From assembly GCA_900128395.1 (NCBI GenBank), contig LT649243.1, forward strand, positions 1 to 64,000: a stretch of DNA of 64,000 bases, given 5' to 3'. Made by a program: the position numbers and the translations under genes. Under the pieces are notes generated by a model, which ran no database searches, was not told where the DNA came from, and saw only the letters and a program-made list of their open reading frames with translations. Of this stretch, positions 46,278 through 55,585 are shown piece after piece. Origin of the DNA: Stramenopiles sp. TOSAG23-2. Lineage: Eukaryota. How positions within the stretch are numbered: position 1 is the stretch's first letter; every line of letters begins with the position of its first letter.

Positions 46278-47435
46278 TACGTATGATTTTTTTTCCCGTT
46301 TTATTGTTTTTCCTAGATTTCTACGTGTGTGAGTGTGTATATATATATATACTGCTTGTTTCTAAGTAAAATAAATTATGATTTTGTTTATACTGTTTAT
46401 AATATACTGATGTGTGTAATACTATAACTACAACTATAGTCGTCGTATATCGATACAAAGATATATTTACTTTTTAGTCAAACGAAATCAATATCTCCAC
46501 GCGTATATAAATATACTAATAATACTACATGCATCATCATGAAAACCACTTTAAAGCTTTATATTAATGATACACAATTACATTTTTATAGCTATAATTA
46601 AACCGCACCGTGACTTTTTATTCAGGTTCTGTTACGTATGGATAGAAAGACCTCACTATCCTTCATCCTTCACGCTCTATAATATACCATGGTGGTATAC
46701 TGTAGTAAGCAATGCTATTTTGTTCTTACAGTACGTACGTACTCTGGTATCTCGTAACTCGAAACCAGCTTCGCCTATCCCCTATCCCCCCCCTCTACAC
46801 CACTACTTTTTACTTCAGAATTTTCTTCCTCAAAATATCCGATAAAATGACCTCGCTAACAAATGAAAATGGGTATAAATTACCAAATAAATGACAGGAA
46901 AATAGCAGGTATATAAATTATATAGGATATTTTACAATCATTTCGTACTTTAGGTATAGGAAGTATGTAATTTTAAACCCTGTTTGCTAACCGGATCGGT
47001 GGGTACAATTTAAAGAATTAGTGTTAATTTCCACGAGCTACCTCGTTGTTTTGATTACCCTATTTTCTATCACGATTGATGGGTATCATTTAAGGAACAT
47101 GCATATAATATATTAATTTTAACAAAGGTTGATGTCATTAAATACAATTATAATATTACAACGATGAAAATACTATATAAAAACAATGCACTTAAACAAA
47201 TGCACATACTAAAATACAGAAATGGCAAATATATATACACAAACAGATATATAAAGTTAACAGAAGATATTAAAAGAAATAAATATATTAATTAAAAGCG
47301 GATATCCTAAACTAGATCATCCAAAACTAAGAAAACAAAGAAGGAAGAACAACAAAGTTGTTGTTTGTTATATTATTATAAGAAGACGAGAAAACAAAAA
47401 GCAAAAAAAAGCAAAAATTAAAAAACAAAAACAAA

Positions 47436-49901
47436 ATGAACAAAACAATAACCAAAAGCAAAAACAATAACCAAAAGCAAAATGATGTGAATCGTGCATC
47501 AGCTCCATATAGACTACGTGAAGATGTTGATATAGTGGCACAATCCAGGAAATTCTGGGGAAAATTCTTATGTGATAAGTATGAACTCGTTCGGTTTGTA
47601 ACAATTGGTGCAATTGCAAAATCAAAATTACAAACCGTACTTGGTGGTAGTTTCCAATGCGAGGGCGTTGAGTCAAAAAAATTTGATATCAATGTATCAA
47701 AAAAAGGGTACTCCCCTCAAAAAAAAAAGCACGAACAAAAGGCTGTTATGCCAGAGCTTTCGTGCAAACGTTGGGGCGCAGATGTACTCCAAGAAGTGGA
47801 AAAATATATAAAAGAAAATGCAGGAGCTGAAAAAGCTAAAGCGGAAGCAGAAAAAGCTAAAGCGGATAAGAAAAAAGAAGCAGACGAATCAAATGCAAAG
47901 AAAGCTTCACGGGAGGTGTATGATGAAAAAATGACAGAGTATAGGTGGAATCGCAAGAGTTTAAGAATTTTCGTGAATGTATTTAAAAATTTAGGTAGAG
48001 AAAAATCTTCAAAGTCCATACGCAAGCGTATCAGACATACATTCATTTCGCTGATGGAAGCATCAGGTTTAGATGAACTATTTACACATTATTTTGAAGA
48101 GATTACACCTGTAAAGTCAAAAGAAAAGAAGGTGCTAAAGTCTTTTCAAAAAAAGAAGGTGATAAAGATGGTAAAAAAAGAAATAAATATATATATAAAG
48201 CAAATTACCCTTCAAAAATTGTTCCCAAAAAAGGCACTTTGGGTCAATATGCAAAAGCAAGTAGTAACTACTACAACACATGCCCACTTGCAAACAGCAT
48301 TGTACGGGCCAGTATCTGCTGGTTTTCGTGTATTACGTCTTCGCGGTGGCATGCAAATCTTCGTCAAAACGTTAAATGGGACAACCATTACGGTTGATGT
48401 AGACCCATCTGATACGGTGGAAGCCTTAAAAGCTGCCATCCAAGATAGGCAAGGTGTACCGCCAAATAAACAACGTTTGATTTTTGGAGGTAAACAATTA
48501 GACAATGATCGCCCATTGTCTTATTACAACGTCCAGAAAGAATCGACGTTGCATTTAGTATTACGTCTTCGAGGTGGTGTGAAAAGATGTTGTGTCTGCA
48601 CTGATACCTTTGATGACGAAAGCATCATTGTAGAATGTAGTAACGGGCACGCATTTTGTGGCGGTTGTCGAAGCCAATGGTGGGGAGTAACGGGGATACT
48701 CAATCCTCACGATGAAATTGACATAACTTCGATGTCTACAAAATGTTTACATCACAGCTGCAACAGTGGGCGTATTGCCTTAGTCGCTGATATAGAAGCG
48801 ACTGTAAAGCACACGGATGGGCAAGCCATTGCTAAAGTTCTTCGTCATTTGTATGAAACGTTTGTTAACGCAAGTGAAGCTTCTTCAGGCAAGCTAGACG
48901 ACGACAACAATGCCGCCTATGACACAATTCTATTAGCCTTGGATCATTTCAAGTGCCCAAATCCGAAATGTGACATGAGGCATGAATCAAATCCAGCGGC
49001 GTGTCGTGCAGAGGAATGTCTGAAATGCAAATGTAAGTTTTGCCATTTATGCGGTCACATTCAGCGAGAAGGAGAAGACATTCACAGGCATGTGCTATTG
49101 TGTTCTGATGGTGACATGCGTATTTCAGCTCAACACCCTAAATTCAAATTGAAACGTAGGAAGTGGGCTTTGGTAGAAATATATAATGACCTGCTTGGTT
49201 TCACACCCAGTGCTAGGGTGCATGCAGTTCGCAGGTTTCTAAACGATGACACGTTGTGGGTTTCACCGCCATGGAATTTAATGGATGTTGGTAAAGATAC
49301 ATACATTAAAATGTGTCGTGATGGCAAGTATAAGATGCATAATTTACAAACGTTTCAACGGGGGCCATTGGCGGAAACATCGATGCTGAATTCACTTGTA
49401 CAATCCTGCTCAAAGACAGTCGTTGAAGAAGTAGGCAAAGAATCCATTAAAAAAATGGCGACAGAGACTGTCAGAAAGACAGTGCAAGAAAACGTTTTAA
49501 AGTACGTGAAACGTCATGGCATTAGCAAATTGTTCCACAGTTCCCGAAAGGCAATTTGGGTCAATGTGCAAAAACACTTTGTAACCAGTACAACAAATGC
49601 TGGCTTGCAAGCAGGATTGCATGGGTTAGCTTCCGCTGGGGTTGGTGTAATTTTAGAAATCCCCAGAGGCATATACCAGTCTTATGATGACCACAAACGG
49701 CTGGCAAATGGTGAAATAGATGAGGAGAAACTTCAGGAGCTAAAGAGCATTAACTTTAAAGAAAGTGTAACCAATGTTGTTGGAACCAGTGTGGTAGCTG
49801 CTGCGGCCGTCACTTGTGGGGCTGGTGCTGTTGGCTTTTTTGTGGCCAACTTCACATATGGCGCAGTTTCCTCAATCTATTATGGTACACGTCGCCGTTA
49901 A
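47436..49901 (+). CDS. Ubiquitin-fusion polyprotein: N-terminal region ending in LRLRGG, divergent ubiquitin (48351-48578), RING plus Rcat-type zinc fingers, and Gly/Ala-rich hydrophobic tail
   Basis: [15 protein letters not shown]...[17 protein letters not shown]...[11 protein letters not shown]...CLHHSC, then CPNPKC...[19 protein letters not shown]...HRHVLLC. C-terminal [23 protein letters not shown]. True start codon is uncertain. Confidence 0.8.
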   Translation: MNKTITKSKNNNQKQNDVNRASAPYRLREDVDIVAQSRKFWGKFLCDKYELVRFVTIGAIAKSKLQTVLGGSFQCEGVESKKFDINVSKKGYSPQKKKHEQKAVMPELSCKRWGADVLQEVEKYIKENAGAEKAKAEAEKAKADKKKEADESNAKKASREVYDEKMTEYRWNRKSLRIFVNVFKNLGREKSSKSIRKRIRHTFISLMEASGLDELFTHYFEEITPVKSKEKKVLKSFQKKKVIKMVKKEINIYIKQITLQKLFPKKALWVNMQKQVVTTTTHAHLQTALYGPVSAGFRVLRLRGGMQIFVKTLNGTTITVDVDPSDTVEALKAAIQDRQGVPPNKQRLIFGGKQLDNDRPLSYYNVQKESTLHLVLRLRGGVKRCCVCTDTFDDESIIVECSNGHAFCGGCRSQWWGVTGILNPHDEIDITSMSTKCLHHSCNSGRIALVADIEATVKHTDGQAIAKVLRHLYETFVNASEASSGKLDDDNNAAYDTILLALDHFKCPNPKCDMRHESNPAACRAEECLKCKCKFCHLCGHIQREGEDIHRHVLLCSDGDMRISAQHPKFKLKRRKWALVEIYNDLLGFTPSARVHAVRRFLNDDTLWVSPPWNLMDVGKDTYIKMCRDGKYKMHNLQTFQRGPLAETSMLNSLVQSCSKTVVEEVGKESIKKMATETVRKTVQENVLKYVKRHGISKLFHSSRKAIWVNVQKHFVTSTTNAGLQAGLHGLASAGVGVILEIPRGIYQSYDDHKRLANGEIDEEKLQELKSINFKESVTNVVGTSVVAAAAVTCGAGAVGFFVANFTYGAVSSIYYGTRRR

Positions 49902-50081
49902 AACCGGGGGGAATTCAAAACCATCAAATTTTGGAAAACCTATGGACTGTTCGCAACACTCTCATCGAGTGTGTCGTGTGCTTCATACGCAATCGGTAGG
50001 CGTGTTTATTCATTCAATATATATATATATATATATAAATAATTTCCTATGTTTATACGTACCAGTATAATAAATGAGTAT

Positions 50082-50316
50082 TTAAATCATTTTTGATTTG
50101 AGATGTTAATTTCCGGGAGTAAAAGAAATTTATATATTATAATACATGAGTAAGAGAAAATTTTTATACGAAGTATATATTAAATCATTTTTGATTTGAG
50201 ATGTTAATTTCCGGGAGTAAAAGAAATTTATATATTATAATACATGAGTAAGAGAAAATTTTTATACGAAGTATATATTTTATAATAATACATTTGAGTA
50301 AGAGAAAATTTTTACG
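50082..50316. repeat. Tandem duplication, about 2.4 copies of a ~98-bp unit
   Basis: ttaaatcatttttgatttgagatgttaatttccgggagtaaaagaaattt...gagtaagagaaaattttt repeated, with a partial third copy. Confidence 0.88.
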
Positions 50317-50650
50317 ACTCGTATATATATAATACGTATATAATGATAATAGTAGAGAGGATTAAATCCATTTCTTAGAGATTGAGTATTGAGCAGTATC
50401 ATATTAATATATATTAGTATTCGTCGGAGATACGACGTACGTACGAAGTATAACGTAAAAAATTATTGCGTGTATAGTAATTTTAAGATTTAACCATATC
50501 ATTATTACCGTATTACGTAATATTAGACAATCTTTTTTTATTATTCGTACGGGTATGATAAATATCATACAAAATTTGTATATGTATCATACGAATTCGT
50601 ACTTAGTTCGTACAAAAAAACATTTTTTTTACGAGCCGTTTCGTTAAATT

Positions 50651-53600
50651 TTATTCCCGCAACCCCAAAAAACTAGACCAACTTGGTGGTAAAATTTCAC
50701 TCAATTTCATCGCATTTCTTCCTTTACCTTCTCCCTTGTTATCCTTTGCACCAACAGCACCATTATCATCACTCTCCTTCCTTTGCTTTACAACCGTCGG
50801 ATCTACTATTTCTTTTTCCTCTACAAAATTAAAACCCATTTTCTTACTCATATCATCACTTGCAATAGTAGTAGATGAAGGTGTAAATGCTTCGGAACGT
50901 ATTACGGAAGAAGAATTCATTGATTTCATTTCTCCATTGTTGTTATTATTATTCTCAATTTGCATTTCATCACTTTTTGTCTCCATCATCGTCTTCATCT
51001 TCGTTGTAGTAGTAGAAGAAGTAGATGATACATTTGGTGACACAAATTTCAACGGTTGATTCATATCTCGCTTCAAATCCATCATTGGCGATCTCATAGA
51101 ATTATTCATCATATCTGTACTTGCATTCATACTACTTTCAAACGTACTTGTTGTATCATCCATTGTTGAAGATGTTTCTAAAGATACATTACCATCCTCA
51201 TCTGCTACTGAAGAAATCGTTGGATCAATCGATATTTTAATTTCTTCTGTTTCTATTTCAGTAGTGGTGGTGGTTGTTGTTGTAGGTGAAACTACATTCA
51301 TACTAGTAGTAGTAGTAGTAGCAGTATTGCTAATTTCTACCTTCTTCTCATCCTTCTCTTCATCAACATCCATTTTACTATTACTATCCTCCCCATTCGT
51401 ATTTACTACCATCTCGCTATCTTTTTCATTATTACTATTATTATCATTCTCTTTCATTTCCTCTTTTTCTTCTTCTTCCTCCTCCTCCTCCTCCTCCTCC
51501 TCTTCCTCTTCCAAAGATGAAGTGAAAAAATTATCCGTCATAATCTTGCAAAAATCTTCTCTTAAAACATCCAATCGTTTTAACGCAACATCTTCTTGAG
51601 AACAATTAATAATTGTAATTGCTTCCCTATGAAAAATATTAACAATCGCTTCCTTTGTTGCACAAATGTTACATATTTTTTTCGCCAATACCGATAATCG
51701 CTTTGATGATTTTTCAATATTATCACCTTGATCTTCTTCTTTTGTAGCAGTAGTACTATCCGTAAAAGTTGTTGCTGTTTCTTCCGTTGCCACACTCGTC
51801 GTAGTTGTAGTATTTGCCGCATTCATTTCGTCGTTTCCTCCCACTACCACATCAACTTTCACATTATCCGTACTTGTCTTCCCGCTACTACTACTACCAT
51901 CATCATCACTCGTCGCAAATAAATCCTTTTGAACATTTAATGCTTTTTCCTTCATCGACGATATAAAATCATCAATTTGTACTTTCAAACCATCCTTTGA
52001 TATAGTTATTTTTTCTTTTTTTACACGATTACGATTACCTCTACGGCTTCTACCACTATTTTCATTTGTTTCCTCTTTATGTTTTTTAACATGTTCAAAA
52101 TCAATACCTTTTACCCTACGATTATCTAATATATATTTCACATCATAGGTTTCATTTTCTTCATCAACATTTACAATTTTAGCTAATCCACCATCATCGT
52201 TTAAACCAGGCCATTTACGTCTCATGCAATCTACTAAATCACCAACCTTAGGCATTCCTTCACCAGTAGCAGCAGCTTCTTCTGCTTCTTTTAAAAATTG
52301 TGCTTCTTCCGTAATACCACGTGGATCTACCATTTTTCGTTGATGTCTTAAATCATTCAATGTATCTAAAATATCATTTCGTGCATTTTGATGACATTTA
52401 GAAAATTTATCACGCCATAAATTTACCATGTCTAATGTAGTAAACATAGTAGTTTCTTCCATATAATAATTCATGTAATTCGTTGTTGTTGTAATAGTAC
52501 TTGTTGAATTGTCTTCTCTCTCTTCTTGCAAATTTTTCATTGTTGGATGTTTCTTCTTTTTGGTCATATCAAAAATACCTGGTATAATGAAAAATTTAGG
52601 TTCAATTACGGTCCATCCTTCATCACACATATCTAAATCCAATAAATCTTTCAAATAGAATTTTGGCATGACATATTTCTTCGGTGAATCTTCATCCTCA
52701 TCTTCATATTCACTTTCATATTCTTCTGATTCAGAACTACTTTCCTCTTCACTACTATCACTACTACTGCTACTGCCATCACTATCGTCGCCAACAACAC
52801 TACTACTAATACTACCACCACCAACAACAACATTACTATCCTGTGTACTACTATTTGTAATACTAGATTGACTAAAACCATTCGTAATACCAGCTGCTAA
52901 TAACGCTGCTTGTTCTTCTTTTGCTTTTAATTTTTCAAGTTTTCTTAATCTACGTCTTTCCCTATCTCTACGTCTTCTTTCTTCCAATTTTCTTGCTTGT
53001 AAACGTAATTTTTCCATTTGCTCTTTGTAATTTGTCTCTTCATTATTTAATGTTTCTAATAAATAATCAAAAATACTTTTACGTACTGGTATATCACATG
53101 CTCTTCGTTTTAAACTACGTAAGAAAAAAATACGTTCTTTTAAATCGGTTTTACTTAAATATTCTTTTCGTTCAATTGCACCACACCATTGTTTACATTC
53201 AGCTTGTTTTTCTTTCAACCAACGTAAACTTTGTTCAATTCGTGGATTAATGGATATGTTAAAATAAAATGGTTGATCTAAAATATTTTTTTCCAACGCT
53301 ATCATATTCGTTACATTAATTTTTCCAGCCTCACCCATTGATAATTGACGTTGTAAATCTGCTACTTTACATTGCCAATCCCATGCCCATTTTTGTTGAA
53401 TTTTTTTCTTTTCCTTATGTTGTTGCAAACGTTGTTGTACTAATCGTGCACGTTCCTCTTGTTGTTTTAAATATGCTTGATTTCTAGCTTCCATTTCTTT
53501 AATTTTTGCAGGTGTTTTACCATTGTTTCCATTTTTACCATTGTTGTTGTTGTTGTTATTAAAGGTATTGTTGCTGTTGCCATTGCTGCTGCTGTTATTA

Positions 53601-54253
53601 TTACTGCTGCTGCTGCTGCTGCTACCACCATTCATCGATGCATTGTTTTTCTTCCATTGATTCATCATATCACGTGCTGATAAACGTTTTTTACCTTGTG
53701 CTGCACCACGTCTTGAACGAGAACGGTTTAAAGCAGCTGCACCAGCTTTTGATTCAGCTACAGATGGTCGATTAAAACGCATTTTCTTCGCCTTTGATTT
53801 ATTTTGAAAGAATGGATCATCCTTTCTTTTCCTATTATGGCGATGATTGAAAAAATTACTACTATTTTTGGATGGTCCAAATGGATTCTTTTTTTTATAT
53901 TGTTGATGGTTGTTATTGTTGTTGTTGTTGTTGTTACCATAAGATGATGAAGACGACGAGGAGGAAGATGATGTCGAAAAATTATTATTATTATTATTAT
54001 AACCATTCGTATTTGTATTGAATGCTTTTAATGTACGTTTCTCTGCTAAACGTAATAATAAATCTTTGGCATTGTTTAAATCTTGCGTTCGACATTTACG
54101 ATATTCTTTCTCTTCAATTGGACCTTTATCTGGATGACATTGTTTTACTAATATAAAATATGCTTTACGTATTTCGTCTACACTAGGTTCTGGTGGTAAT
54201 TTTAATAATGATAATGCTTGTAATATTCCAGCTGCATCTTCACGAAATGCCAT
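50651..54253 (-). CDS. J-domain (DnaJ) protein with a central Tudor-like domain and long low-complexity regions
   Basis: N-terminal EIRKAYFILVKQCHPDKG...LNNAKDLL with HPD. Tudor/SH3-like VGDLVDCMRRKWPGLNDDGGLAKIVNVDEENETYDVKYILD. Confidence 0.82.
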   Translation of the reverse strand: MAFREDAAGILQALSLLKLPPEPSVDEIRKAYFILVKQCHPDKGPIEEKEYRKCRTQDLNNAKDLLLRLAEKRTLKAFNTNTNGYNNNNNNFSTSSSSSSSSSSYGNNNNNNNNNHQQYKKKNPFGPSKNSSNFFNHRHNRKRKDDPFFQNKSKAKKMRFNRPSVAESKAGAAALNRSRSRRGAAQGKKRLSARDMMNQWKKNNASMNGGSSSSSSSNNNSSSNGNSNNTFNNNNNNNGKNGNNGKTPAKIKEMEARNQAYLKQQEERARLVQQRLQQHKEKKKIQQKWAWDWQCKVADLQRQLSMGEAGKINVTNMIALEKNILDQPFYFNISINPRIEQSLRWLKEKQAECKQWCGAIERKEYLSKTDLKERIFFLRSLKRRACDIPVRKSIFDYLLETLNNEETNYKEQMEKLRLQARKLEERRRRDRERRRLRKLEKLKAKEEQAALLAAGITNGFSQSSITNSSTQDSNVVVGGGSISSSVVGDDSDGSSSSSDSSEEESSSESEEYESEYEDEDEDSPKKYVMPKFYLKDLLDLDMCDEGWTVIEPKFFIIPGIFDMTKKKKHPTMKNLQEEREDNSTSTITTTTNYMNYYMEETTMFTTLDMVNLWRDKFSKCHQNARNDILDTLNDLRHQRKMVDPRGITEEAQFLKEAEEAAATGEGMPKVGDLVDCMRRKWPGLNDDGGLAKIVNVDEENETYDVKYILDNRRVKGIDFEHVKKHKEETNENSGRSRRGNRNRVKKEKITISKDGLKVQIDDFISSMKEKALNVQKDLFATSDDDGSSSSGKTSTDNVKVDVVVGGNDEMNAANTTTTTSVATEETATTFTDSTTATKEEDQGDNIEKSSKRLSVLAKKICNICATKEAIVNIFHREAITIINCSQEDVALKRLDVLREDFCKIMTDNFFTSSLEEEEEEEEEEEEEEEKEEMKENDNNSNNEKDSEMVVNTNGEDSNSKMDVDEEKDEKKVEISNTATTTTTSMNVVSPTTTTTTTTEIETEEIKISIDPTISSVADEDGNVSLETSSTMDDTTSTFESSMNASTDMMNNSMRSPMMDLKRDMNQPLKFVSPNVSSTSSTTTTKMKTMMETKSDEMQIENNNNNNGEMKSMNSSSVIRSEAFTPSSTTIASDDMSKKMGFNFVEEKEIVDPTVVKQRKESDDNGAVGAKDNKGEGKGRNAMKLSEILPPSWSSFLGLRE

Positions 54254-55585
54254 TATTTTTCGGGAGTGATGCTATTATTATTCGATTATTATAATTGATG
54301 TGTGGTGATATATTAGAAAAAAATAGAAATAATCGATATGTAAAATGAAATATATATATATATATACGTACATGCATATTTATCACTTCTTTTTCATCTC
54401 TTTGACAGTTTGGTATCTAAATCTATGTTTTTTGAAATATTTGTGTGTCGATTGATTTTCTATATTATTATTGAATTTATTAATCGGATATTTATATAAC
54501 ATGAAATATTATTTATAGTATTGGTATTTTATTAAATTATTTTTGATGTATTCATAATTTACTCGTTGTATGAAATTATTGGTATAATTTTATTTATAAT
54601 TTATGGAATTATTGGTATAAATTTTTCTTCCCCTTGTGTGTGGCAGTTAAAAAAGATGGACGATTAGTAGAATTAGAGATCGATTGGTTTGATTTCGTTG
54701 GCGGGATCCTTTGTAATATTTGCACTGCCTGGACTGCTATTTTGCTGTGATGTGCCTACAACTTGTACAGTATATTTTTCTGTTGTATTCTCTCTGCTGT
54801 CTGGTTGTTATCCGCTGCTGTTTGTTTTCCTCATCAAAAAAAAAACCCTACCTATAACTAGAATAACTGTCATGCACATTAGCATGGAGATAGGCAAGGA
54901 TAAATGGGTGCTGAAATGGTGAAGAGGTTTCACACGCAATTCAATAGGTAAGATATTTTATACCAGGTGCTGTTTCGGAAATATTATACAATATCCATAA
55001 TATATTTAGTTTTTGTATTTTAAGTAGTTTATTATTATTTAATATTATAATATAATTATATAAATATCTGTGTTAAAATATCCTTTCTCATGTTTTACAA
55101 AATGGATTTCTGGATAATATAAATTATTATACTTTGTAGGGTCGATGGAGCAAAAAACACCACGTTTTTACAATAGTATGTCAGTATAGATATAGATTTA
55201 TATATATCCAACAAAGGTTGATCATGTGTGTCGTCCGTTGATAGGTACTAACAGAACCTTTCATATTCAATACTTTGCGTGTCTTTCTCTCTGTGTGTCG
55301 GTGTTTGTTTATATTTTTTAATAAAAAAAATAACAACACAACTTTTCTCTTTTTTTTTTCTTTTTGTTACATATATACGTGTTTGCATATTTGATATAAT
55401 ACATTTTTATAAAGTATTTGTTTATAAAATCAAGTTTTTAAAGGGTCTATCTATTTTATAGTGTATATATATTGCCCTTTTTCTTGTGGTGTAAAAATTA
55501 TATACTTTCCCAAATTTTGGTTTTCTGGTAAAACAATAAGCATTGGAAGTCAGAAAGAAGAATTTATTTTTGAAATTTAATAACA

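Noticed and set aside
48330-48578. Ordinary polyubiquitin or ubiquitin-ribosomal protein fusion
   Set aside because: There is only one complete, strongly diverged unit, and the flanking sequences are not ubiquitin, eL40 or eS31.
49300-49901. Calling the neighbour's C-terminal domain a gasdermin
   Set aside because: No beta-rich gasdermin pattern is visible; only Gly/Ala-rich helices are seen.
54640-54960. GC-richer patch between the DnaJ and Cdc25 genes, possibly a small gene or ncRNA
   Set aside because: No convincing ORF, splice pattern or known RNA motif could be identified by eye.
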